NCBI RefSeq assembly: GCF_006345805.1 | Contig: NC_042997.1 | Coordinates: forward strand, 143,530,001 to 143,594,000 | Source: Octopus sinensis | Lineage: Eukaryota | Reading direction: 5' to 3' | Length of the DNA: 64,000 nt | In this document: piece by piece, positions 52,447-64,000 of the stretch | How the letters are laid out: each line of letters starts with the position of its first letter | How positions within the stretch are numbered: position 1 is the first letter of the stretch | The notes under the pieces: model-generated | The model's database searches: none | The model's input: only the letters and a program-made list of their open reading frames with translations | What the model was told of the DNA's origin: nothing | Made by a program: the position numbers and the translations under genes

Positions 52447-53988
52447 TCTTGTTACAAAACATCTAAAAGAGAAGGATATAGTCATTGAATATTTTCAAGA
52501 ACTGTACTAAAGATTTAAAAATCGTTCAAGAAACTAAATTTAATGAACGTAAACGGTTTAACCGCATTATATCATAAATTACTACTAATTGTAAAAAGTG
52601 GTGAAAGCAATAACATTTGGAGAAAGTTTGATAAAACTTTCTATCAAAGAACTTTTTTCTATAGTTACGTACCAGAATCCAACTGAAGTTATAAAAACAC
52701 TACTCATTTGCAACAGCACAATAATGCGACGCATTCATGAAATGGTGGTGAACGTTGAAAATAAACTTATAGCTATCCTTCAAAACTCACCATTTCCCAT
52801 GGACGATTCTTCCATTGCCGATTATTATGTTTTATTAATGGCATATGTATGATACTTTGATGAAAACAGTACATTGCAAAAAGAAATGCTACTCGATTTA
52901 AATGTTATTACAGCCACAAAACACCGATCAATATTTATTGCTGCGAAATCATACTTTGCAAAGAAAAAAAGAAAGAAAAGAAAAAAATAATATCCCCCAA
53001 TATTGTTGCATACGCTGCTAATGAAGCATCATGAATGATTGGTCGCTATCGTAGTTTTGCCGCGTATTTGAAGGAAGAAGTCCCAAATGTTTCAGGTATT
53101 CATTGTGTTATATAGACAGTATCTTGTAGGAAAACATTTAAACACATGCCTTCAGTTAACATTAAGTATTATTACTATAGCTATAAAATAAAATCGAATG
53201 TTAAAAATGATGTTTCAATAGATTTACCAGGATAAAAGCAAGCAATTTATTAGATTACTGCATTACACAGGAATTCGTTGACTCTTAAATGTTGCAATGT
53301 TTGACTCGTTTTGTCGAATTTTTTACTGTGTCAGAGTTTTTGTAAGAATGAAATTAACGTTCGATTCAGTCACCAATTATAAATAATAATAACGCATGGT
53401 GTCTTATTTGGCAGGCATTTTAAAGTAGTTTCATGAAATTAATTTGCTGCTCACAACAAAGTAACGAACATGTTATTACTTCCTGAAAAACTTGATCTCT
53501 TTCCTTATAATATTCTGAAGAAGGAATTCTGTTAGTTTATGGAATTGCCATCAATTAAGCATGATGTAACCCCAGAGAAGATTTAACGGTTCAGTTGACA
53601 TCCCAGTCAAATCAAAAAATAGAAAGGGAAAAACATTCAACGGTTTTTTTTAACTTGAAAGTATGTGACTGGATGGTGAATCTTTTTAATGCAAATCGTT
53701 GCTACGTGGCTGGAAGAACCTTTAAAACTTACATATGATAAAAAAAGCAAATCTTATTTCAAGATATGCGAACACCAAAGTTTATGGGAAAATAGAAAAA
53801 AATTATACTTAACTCACTGCCATCATTTCCTACTTCAAATCTTGTGGAATCAGAATTTAGTATTGTAAACTATAAACGGAGAATAGTCTAAAATTTACTG
53901 AAAGTTGAGCCTTAGCTTGTTCCTTACGAAACTGGAACCAGATATTCAGCAGTTAGTTTCTCGGCATCAGGCTCAAGGATTTCATTAA
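52447..53988 (+). pseudogene. hAT Buster/Charlie-type (ZBED5/SCAND3-like) transposase, degraded
   Basis: GESLIK..; NSTIMRRIHEM; IHCV; C-terminus FPTSNLVESEFS...LTKLEPDIQQLVSRHQAQGFH*. Confidence 0.85.
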
Positions 53989-55077
53989 ATTAAAGGTAAT
54001 TTCGATTTATTTTTTTAATTAATGCAGGTTTAACTTTTTTTCAGTCAATAAATAAGTAAATGGCACGAACTTTTACCCCCATGAAAGTTACATAAACAGG
54101 CGCGATGTAGTTAAGAGATTGTCGAGTAGTACTACTTTGCTACGTGTACTGAACTCCATTTTCTTTTGTGAACAAATCGAAACACTTGAACTATATATGT
54201 GTGTGAGTGTATGTGTGTGAGTGTATATGTGCGTATATGTGTGTGCTTGTGTGTGTGCATAAACAGCAGTATGGAGACAGAAACAACACGGATCTTTAAG
54301 TGTATATGAATATATATGTATGTACTTAACGGTCACTAATTTTAACGCCATTTGTGTGTTACTACTACTACTACTACTACTACATATATATATATATATT
54401 TATGTGTGTGTGTGTGTGTGTGCACAGTGATTGGGAATTCGAGAGAGGAAGGAGTAAACAGTGTAAAAAAAATTTTGAAATATTTGCCATTATTAAAGTA
54501 CAACAAAGTCATTGATGGCTTCTGGTGTGTTTATAAGATTACGAAAGTCATGTCAAATGAATAACAGTGAAAGCTCTCTTGGTCACTTTAAACAAAAGTT
54601 TAATCTTTGCTGAAGCAATCTCTTACCTTGAAGGCAAACATTAAGCTTCTGGCATAAACTTAGTTTCGAAAACTGTTCTGAACTTTCATTTGACATGTCC
54701 TCGTGATCGGATATTGTTCATTATTCATAGATGAATTAAGTCAAATAGAAAGAAGAAATAAAAGGCTGTTAAAATGTCAAAGCAAATATCGAAAATGGTA
54801 TTTAATGGAAATAGTTTGTGAAACAAAGAAAATAAAAACAGAATTTAATTTCAACAACATATTTTCAGCTTAGTTCTGCATCAACAAACATCCAATGGTA
54901 ATTGCAGACGGGTGACTTTTGCGTGAACTATAGTTTATGAGTTCAAATCCAATACTGGCGATGTATCAAACGTTTCGTTGTGTTCGAAGAAGGACAATTT
55001 ATTTTGTATGATCTACTTCATTTTGTAGTCTGTAAATTGCCGCAGTTTCCTAGGAAAGCTAGCTGTTATGAATTAGC

Positions 55078-56350
55078 ACAATTTCCATTTGATAGAACTT
55101 TCTACTACAGGCACAAGATCTGAAATTTTGGGAAGGGGGGGGCACTCGATTATATCGACCCCACTACGTAACTGGTACTTATTTCATTGACTCCGAAAGG
55201 ATGAAAGTTAAAATCGACCTCGGTGGAATTTGAACTCAATGAAATGCTGGACGAAATGCTTCCAAGTATTTTGGGTGCTAGTATAGTTTGCAGTCTATCA
55301 CGGTGTCAAACAGTATAGCCAGGGTTATCTACCTTAAAAACTACTCGTTATCACTTCACCTTTCCACTTGCAATTTACCTTACATTGAAATGTTGCTGAA
55401 AGATTTTTATGCGCGTGTCATCTTGTCAGAGGAAACAGCAGTCACATTTTTACAAGATTACAATCTGCTGGATACACAACAAAAAGTAGATCCCTGCCAT
55501 CGATGCAGTACTGTCATGCCGGAAAAATGAAAGCGTAACACAGGTGGACAATTCAGGCCTGTACTTCGTTGTCTTCTAAAGGGGTGTCAAACTTCACGTT
55601 CGGTTCGTAAAGGAAAAATGCTGAATGGTGACAACGCACCTCCCTTTGAAGACAGTGATGCAAAACAACGAAACAACAGGAACCATGGACATAGAATTGA
55701 TGGGCCGTGGGTTTTTGGTCTCAAACAAGGCTCAGACAGTCGATACTTTTGTGTGGAACGGCGTGACGGGAACAGTCTGATCCCAATTATTGATAGAGAA
55801 TGTGAAAATGGTTCAGTAATTCATTCAGATGAGTAGCCCGCTTATAATAATTTAAATGCCATAGGTTATCACCATCTGACAGTGAACCCTCAACGACATT
55901 ATGTGGATCCAGTGATCGGAGCACACACTCAGGCCACTGAGTGACCATGCTAAAACAATGATTCTGAAAAAAATGAGCGGCATTGGTACTGCGCATTTCC
56001 AGTCACATCTTGATCATTGCTGCTGGAAGATGATGAAGAAAACATCAGATGATTTATTTGTATCGTATCTTAATGGCATAAGAAGTGTTTATCGTTAAAA
56101 TGGGTTGTCTTGATTTATCTGTGTAATTTCTTTATCATATAAAATAATATAAGATTCAATTCTTCTTATTTGTGTAATTCCTTTATAATGCACGAAGTGT
56201 TTTATCTCTGAAATATCTGAAGTTTTTTAATCTCTGAAATATCTGAAAGTTAAGATAGATAATCATGGCTATACTGTTTGAGACCGAGGTAGACTATACT
56301 AGCACCGTATTTTGTTTCGCGTGATTAAGATTCTTCCAGTTCGCCGCCTT
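55078..56350 (-). mobile_element. SINE family B host copy split by the Merlin element (55078-55273 and 56307-56350)
   Basis: SINE sequence resumes in register after the second TSD. Confidence 0.8.
55274..56306 (+). mobile_element. Merlin (IS1595/ISXO2-like) DNA transposon, internally deleted, inserted in a family B SINE
   Basis: TIRs begin GGTGCTAGTATAGT..CAAACAGTATAGCC; perfect 8-bp TSD GTATTTTG (55266-55273, 56307-56314); motifs C..C..M, GPWVFG, IHSDE*PAYNNL...TVN..YVDP..GAHTQ. Confidence 0.92.
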
Positions 56351-57764
56351 ATAGAATTTATAAATAATAAATTCCGAGGATATAACTTATAAGCTTCAAT
56401 AATAATATGAAAATATGATAATTTTGGGTCTATATACAGAAAAAGAATTTCAAATGAGGGGTGTCCACAATCTCAAACGATATTCATTTTCTGCTGAGTG
56501 ATATCAGAAGGAAAAATTAGACAAAGACATAGGAGTAGAAGGCATTCAAGAAGGTTTAAATCTGGAGGGAGGGTTAGGGAAATGTGTTTTGTGCTGAATG
56601 TAAACAGAAGGTTTACATACAGTTGGGATAATTAGGAACATAATATATAAACAATATATCCTGATACAAAATCATTTTAGGATTTATTACTTGAACATTT
56701 CAGCAACCATTTCAATAGAAAAATAATGACAGTCAATATCTCGCACACTGGATTGCATGTTAGAAATACCAACTTCATGCTTCATGTTTTTCTCTCATAT
56801 TATCTCTTCGTCTGTCAATCTATGTCTCCCCACTCTCTCTCTATACATATAAATAGAAAGATAAGAAAAGTGAGGTAAAAGAATAGATGGTTATTCCATT
56901 GGTTTATAGCTGTTTCTTGTTAGTTATATAACAGATATTACAACACCATTCGCGCACATATATAAAATATACATATAAATACGTATGTACACCTATATAT
57001 GCAAATGTACTGAAAATTTAACTAACAGACTAATCTTCAGAACGGTTCCTGGTAGTTCAAAATATCAACTCATATATATTAGATTCGCAAGCTCATCGTA
57101 GTCTCAGTTGATGCTTGTTATAAGCTTAACTCTCGATCAGCTCTGACAGCGCAGACCTTTCTTGAATGGCAATCATCCCGTTCTATATTCATGCATCGTT
57201 ATCCACTGTAGTCTTAAATATTAGTTTGTTTAAGCCTTCAGTGTAAGAAATTACTTCTGCAAAGATTACACTTTGTTCAAAGTACCTACGAGAACTTTTC
57301 GCTGTTGTTCATTTGACATGGGCTTATTAATCTTATAACCACATTTAAAGGTAACTTAAAGGAGAATTAAAGGATATTTAAAGGAAATTTATCTAGAATA
57401 CCAGTATGTCGAGCGACCTCATAGAAACGTCCCCGTAGGTCTAGATGCAGGGAGGTCCTTATGTAGGGAGGCCAAAGAAAAAAGACTTTCTCATAATGTC
57501 TCAGGGCAATCTAAACCTTTCTGGGTAGCTTTGTTCCATTCTTAGAGATTATGTCGTTTATGGTGGCTTGATATATTGATTTTATTTTGTAATTTAGCCT
57601 GAAGAGAATGGACTACATTATAGAACACCCTCATTTCCCACCCCTTCTTAGAACCGTGATATTAATGGTGAAGACGGACGAAATGTAGCTAAGCATTTTG
57701 CCCGGCGTGGTAACGATTGTGTTAGGTTGTCGCCCGATTAACGGGGATAATATTAAGATTGAGA

Positions 57765-57985
57765 AAGGTGGCGAGCTGGCAGAATCGTTAATACGTCTTG
57801 CAAAATGCTTAGCGACATTTCATCCGTCATTACGTTCTGAGTTCAAATTCCACTGAGGTCGACTTTGTCTTCCTCCCACTCGAGGTCGATAAAATAAGTA
57901 CGAGTTGAGCACTGGGGTGGATGTAATCGATTTATCCCCTCCCCCGAAACTGGTGGTCTTGTGCCAAAATTTGAAACCGATATTA
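57765..57985 (+). mobile_element. SINE family B, tail type 2
   Basis: GGCGAGCTGGCAGAATCGTT head, central domain, tail. Confidence 0.8.
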
Positions 57986-59057
57986 AGATCAGAAAGAAAC
58001 CGATATCAGAAAGAAAAACGAGGAAAAGAGGATATTTACGAGAGCTTAACTCTAGAGAGAGGGTTAGAAAAAGAATGTCGTTTGAATAGAGTGGAAATAT
58101 ACCATAGGGATAATGAGAGAAAGGGTTAAAGGATGTATGAAATAGGGTCGGGGGGATGTGGTAGATGGGTTGTCATTAAGAGGTTTAATAGTCGTTATAG
58201 TAGCAGTGAAAGAAACTGTTGTGAGCCAGTATTTACAGAATGTTGGTGTGTGATGATTTGTTTGTTAATTAGCACAGCTTGTTTGTGTGTGTGTGTGTGT
58301 TGTGGTGGGGGGAAAGTCTCGGGTGTTTTATCCCCGCTCCATACTTGCGAAGTACAGCTAATTCTTGGTTAGCATCGTGGTCGAAGTGGCGGTCGTAGTG
58401 GTGGTTCTAGTCATCATCGTTGTCGTCATCGTTCGCCTACTCATTTTCTCCTCGTCGTCTTCCTTCTTCTCCCCTTCTCCTCCTCCGCCTCCCTCCTCAA
58501 TGGACCATTCTTCTATTCATCAGTAGATCAGTAGGTACACTTATCTGTGTTGTACTTATTAGATAACAAAAGCAGCCAAAAAAAAAAGAGCAAGAAAAAC
58601 AAACAAAAAAAATTAAAGCATTTTAGATTGTCTGTAATTATGACTTTCTTTTGACAACATCACATTTCATGTGAAAGTTAACATTGCATCTGCCCCTTAT
58701 TCCGCTCTTAATTTTAACTATTTAGCTTGTTGTTTATACATAAATAGCAATTAGCCAGACATAATGCCTTTGAACCGTTCTTTGAAGTCATCTCCTCCAT
58801 TTCTGACATTTAGTATTAGCTTTTATGTCTGAAATTGAAATCTTGATGGTTTGGGAGATAATTTATTTCAAATCGATAATGAGGCGCCTGTTTCATTTGA
58901 AGAAAGCTATATGTTTATTCAACAAAGGAATGTAGCGAGGAACGAAACTTAACATCCATCGGGTCGGAAGGACCTCGCTGGTTACTTCGTAATGACGTAG
59001 TAAAGGATATCTTGATTAACTCAGATTGGTAGATTCCATCTCTTTACAAGCTACATA

Positions 59058-59305
59058 CACGCACGCCCGCACGCTTGCACGCCCGCACGCTTGCACGCCC
59101 GCACGCTTGCACGCCCGCACGCTTGCACGCCCGCACGCTTGCACGCCCGCACGCTTGCACGACCGCACGCCCGCACGCTTGCACGCCCGCACGCTTGCAC
59201 GCCCGCACGCTTGCACGCCCGCACGCTTGCACGCTCGCACGCTTGCACGCCCGCACGCTTGCATGCCCGCACGCTTGCACGCCCGCACGCTTGCACGCTC
59301 GCACG
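59058..59305. repeat. GC-rich 16-bp minisatellite (GCACGCCCGCACGCTT), about 15 units
   Basis: Direct inspection. Confidence 0.95.
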
Positions 59306-60613
59306 CAGAAACACACACACAAACACGCACGCACGTACACCCACACACACACACACACACACAGTAGTTGTATTCAGCGATGCAATCTTACAATGTTCAC
59401 AACTGCCGTCGATGGGAATGAATAGATAGCCCCACCCTAGGCTACCAAGTAGCTGCTAAATGAACTCGACGAATGTCATTGATAGGATTCGAACCTCCGA
59501 TCCCTCCGTCGGTTTTTAATGCCTTACTCCATACTCATTAAAAATCACGAAACAATAAATACTGAAACATTTGAAGAGATTATTAGGTCTTTGATGAATA
59601 ATTATGATTTTGCAGATGAAGTATGATCATGGTTTTCTGAGAAAAGCTTCCAGGGTGTTTACATTGTATTCACCAACCACGGAAAAGGATTTGAAGTCAG
59701 TACCGTAAACTAAGTAAACTCATATTAATTCTTTTTGCTAAAATCTCGATTTGATTAACTAGGATTCAGGAAGTACTGATACAATAGACGATGTTGTTGG
59801 TTAGTCCCACGTAAGTCTTAATCGAGCAGAACATGATAAAAGGAGTTCTAGCAGTGACAATCGAATGGCATATCTAAATGTGTGTGTGTGAGTATATGTA
59901 TAGGTGAACGTCTCTGAAACAGCATTAAATGAAAATGGCCATCTGTGTATCATACTAAATGTATATACACTGTAGAAAGACATGCTTTTTGTCTGAGACA
60001 AATATGTATTCATAAATATGTGTTAAAAACACGATATTACGGTTCAAACACATGTCTACGAAAAGATTTTTCTCGGGAAATTTTCACAGAATATGGCTAT
60101 GGATATGATCCAGCATGGTAACAATCCCGAGTACATACACTCTGTAGCTTCGTATGTATGTGTACTTATATGTATGTCATTATTCAGTTTATTTCAAGAT
60201 TTCTTGCCAATAGACAAGTTTCTAACCTAGATCCAAGGCTCCTTCATTGGAATTTCAACATCAAAAGCAGGGTATTTTTGTATGTATGTATGTATGTATG
60301 TATGTATGTATGTATGTATGTATGTATGTATGTATGTATGTATGTATGTATGTATATGTGTAGATAATACATACATACAGTCATATATGTATGTATTTGT
60401 TATTTGTGTCTGTTTTGTCCTACCACCATCTCTTGACAATCGATGTTGGTATGTTTACGTCCCCATAACATAACGGTTCGGCAAAAAGAGTTTGATAGAA
60501 GTACTAGGCTTACAAAGGATAAGTCCCGGGGTCGATTGACCGCAATGAAATGACTGAAGCAAGTAAAAGAATGAAAGAATACATACATATATATGTATGT
60601 ATGTATATATATA

Positions 60614-60695
<82 letters not shown>

Positions 60696-60889
60696 CATTA
60701 AAGTACTGGGGTCGATTCATTCGACTAAAATTCTTCAAGGCGATGCCCCAGTAAGGCCACAGTCTAATGATTGAAAGAAATAAAAGAATAAAAGAATAAA
60801 AATATGTGCTACTGTGTGTGAATGTGTGTGTGTGTGTGTATGTGCAATGGAAGTGGGATGGTGAACATTCAACAGTGAAAAGAAAAATC

Positions 60890-61055
60890 AAACAGCGTTT
60901 CAACTCTGTATGAGTATACGTGTGTATGTGTGTGCGTGTACAAGGGAAGTATGTGAATGCTTGTAACTGTGATTATTATGTACCTTATTTTTGTACCTTA
61001 TTTATATAAAAATCCTACAATTAACCGTCATTTTCGACGGCACGGGGCCAGCTAG
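60890..61055 (+). mobile_element. Helitron-like 3' end
   Basis: Hairpin CCGTC-attttc-GACGG followed by CTAG|T; homologous to 27400-27606. Confidence 0.5.
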
Positions 61056-61071
61056 TATCTATATATTTGTC

Positions 61072-61346
61072 GTGGCCGGTAATAAAGTCACAGAAAAAAA
61101 GTCACAGAAAAAAGTCACAGAAAAAGTCACAATTTTGTCTCGGAAAGAAAGTCAGGTAATCAAGCAAAAATATTCAAGCCTGTCACAATTTATTAAAGTA
61201 CCATAAACAATTAAAGTAACAAAGCAGAAAATATTATAATTCAGTTATTAACTGACAATACATGACTAGTACACATTGACAACACTATTTATATATGATT
61301 GCATTGCTTGTGACTTTTTTCCTGTGATTTTTTTTTACCTGGATTC
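61072..61346. mobile_element. MULE-like MITE
   Basis: Imperfect TIRs with AAAGTCACAG repeats / CTGTGA(C)TTTT; possible degenerate 9-bp TSD ATATTTGTC / ATACTTGCA. Confidence 0.45.
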
Positions 61347-62037
61347 ATACTTGCACGCCTGTAACATTCCCGAGATGCGCAAATTCACCAATCTTTCCTT
61401 TGATATATTAAACAGAACCTCTAAGCGTTCACTATATGCTAAAGGTAAATATGATAAAATTCGTTGGATCTCATGTGCACTATAAATCTTTGACTATGTT
61501 CATTTATTGTAGCAGATAAGTTTCTTATTCGTTAAACTAAGTAATATTATTATTCAAAATTATTGAACAAAAAACGAAAGCGTTAGAGATATTCTGTCAT
61601 AACTGAGAAATTGCATCACAGCGGTGGCAACAACACTTTGGTGAAATAGTTCAAAGTCACAAATATATTCGAAAAAATAGAACTCAATAGAAAAATAATC
61701 TAAAGATCAGGATTAAAATTCAGCACTGGGATACACTAGTAATAAATAAAATTACGGATCCCACATCAATAGAAGAGAATATAGCATGTATATATAATAC
61801 AGTAAAACGACTGCCGTAAGTTAAATTCCGTTAAGTAATGTGATTTGATGTTGGTGAAGTCGGTTAACTGAGTTTTACTTTTTCTGTAGTAACTTTATGA
61901 GTTGCTATGAAACCACGTTGACGTCTTTAGTGTTGGAGAAAGAAAACTGATTATGGAAAGAGAAAAAACGTTCATAGAATATCTTTCTCTTAGGAAGATC
62001 GAACATGTTAGGTGCATCAACTGTAACCTGTCTGTCC

Positions 62038-62159
<122 letters not shown>

Positions 62160-62395
62160 TACTCCTTTACATTCTTTAGTCACTGAACTGTGGCCATGCT
62201 GGGGAAACGCATGTTTTATGATTATATTTTAAGTCTGGTACTTATCGCAATCCATTTACCAACACGCTAACATACCAGGACCAACGCAAAAGTGCCATAT
62301 TTCAATAGTTGTCTTATATACACACATACATTCACACATTCACACAGACACAGACACACATTCACACAGACACACAGACACACACAGGCACACAC

Positions 62396-62467
<72 letters not shown>

Positions 62468-62549
62468 GTATATATATCACTTCAGCCATGTAACCACACA
62501 CGTGCTTTCCTTGGACTATTTTCGCTCTCCAGGCCTTTCCATTCTCCTC

Positions 62550-62584
62550 TTTTCTGACGAAGAGCCATGCTCGAAACATTATGC
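62550..62584 (+). ncRNA. Decayed PLE-type hammerhead motif
   Basis: CTGACGA-A-GAGC cat GCTC-GAAACATT. Core and helix II intact; helices I and III broken. Confidence 0.4.
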
Positions 62585-63074
62585 ACCTACGCTTTTTTCC
62601 ACCTTTATTCAGCGTCAAAATAATACACTCCATGTGTACATTCCTTTGACTTTTGTTTTGTTATTATTTCTTATTTTTAATTTCTAATTTCTCTTTCTGT
62701 CTGTCTGTCTCTCTCTATATATATACATATGTGTATACACACACACATATTAAGATATATATGTGCGTGTGTGTGTGTATATATGTATATATATATATAT
62801 ATAATATATAATATATATATATATTATATAATATATGTATGTATATGTACATGTATATATGCATATGTGTATCATATGTGTATATCTATAAAGATTTAAC
62901 AATAGTAAAAGTATACAAATATGAATAATGTATGTATTCTTTAACTATTTTACTGGATTCACTTTATGGACAGTGGCCCTACTACAGCACAACTCGTGAA
63001 TGTACACATTCACATAGACATAATACATAGAAATATATGCGTATTTTTCTATTTATATATATATATAATATTAT

Positions 63075-63108
<34 letters not shown>

Positions 63109-63120
63109 GATATATATAAA

Positions 63121-63307
63121 TCGGCCATGATAGATCGGTAGCCACTACAAATTTTTTTCTCTCCTTGTTTCTTTCTGTGTTCCTTTATGTGGAAGAGCGT
63201 AGGCTCGAAACGTAAAAGACTTTTTCCATTCCTGAGCGTTATACTAATATATCTGTTTGTTTTCTACACCACTTGTCTTCGTCTTTGTTTTTTTCGTGAA
63301 TTCTCCC
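63121..63307 (+). mobile_element. Element D (same family as 11157-11345, minus), TA-flanked, carrying a hammerhead-like fold
   Basis: CTTT-ATGTGGA-A-GAGC gtag GCTC-GAAACGTA-AAAG at 63183-63218. Confidence 0.7.
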
Positions 63308-63318
63308 TATATATATAT

Positions 63319-63350
<32 letters not shown>

Positions 63351-63393
63351 ATATATATATATATCACAACTCGTGTTCCACATCTCCTTTTTT

Positions 63394-63427
<34 letters not shown>

Positions 63428-63478
63428 ATATGTATACACACAGGTGTGGTAATACAAACAGGAAAATGGAATTCAAAA

Positions 63479-63510
<32 letters not shown>

Positions 63511-63534
63511 ACACACATATATATATAAATTCTT

Positions 63535-63762
63535 TTATTCTTTTATTCTTTTACTTTTTTCAGTCATTTGACTGCGGCCATGCTAGAGAACCGCCATTAG
63601 TCGAACAAATCGAGCCCAGGACTTATTCTTTGTAAGCCTTATACTTATTCTATCGATATCTATTTGCCAAACAGTTAAGTTACGGGGACGTGAACACACC
63701 AACATCGGTTGTGAAGCGATGGTGGTGGGGACAAACACAGACACACAAATACAAATATAATA

Positions 63763-63840
<78 letters not shown>

Positions 63841-63962
63841 GACGGGCTTCTTTCAGTTTCCGTCTACGAAATTCATTCACAAGGCTTTGGATAACCCGAG
63901 GCTATAGTTGAAGACACTTGCTAAAGTTGTCACGCAGTGGAACTAAACTCGGAATCATGTGA
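63535..63962 (-). mobile_element. SINE family A
   Basis: Collinear with other family A copies. Confidence 0.8.
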
Positions 63963-64000
63963 CGGGCTTCACTACAGTTTCCTTCACTTATAAGGCTTTG

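Noticed and set aside
58935-58990. GCGAGG...CCTCGC suggesting an HDV-like ribozyme
   Set aside because: Could not build P1/P3 pairings around the CCUCGC loop

Overview
AT-rich, repeat-dominated eukaryotic non-coding DNA. The SINE families, microsatellite load and transposon mix strongly resemble an octopus/cephalopod genome (inference). No host protein-coding gene can be confidently identified; almost all ORF-track entries are microsatellite read-throughs. Supported features: three tRNA-Thr genes (37.7-39.3 kb); dozens of tRNA-derived SINEs of at least three families; CR1/L2-type LINE fragments; several Penelope-like (PLE, GIY-YIG) remnants; a CRE-like RLE fragment; decayed Tc1, hAT/Buster and Merlin transposases; Tigger-, Buster- and MULE-like MITEs; and one 100-N gap. 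The most notable signal is a dispersed set of minimal type I hammerhead ribozyme motifs with palindromic helix III, from several unrelated sequence families. Two have fully canonical cores and helices (29548-29637 and 40810-40851, minus strand), three keep the catalytic nucleotides but have an imperfect helix II, and several are decayed. Many lie beside PLE remnants, foldback repeats or microsatellites. A CR1-type LINE also appears to share its 3' stem-loop tail with the most abundant SINE family.
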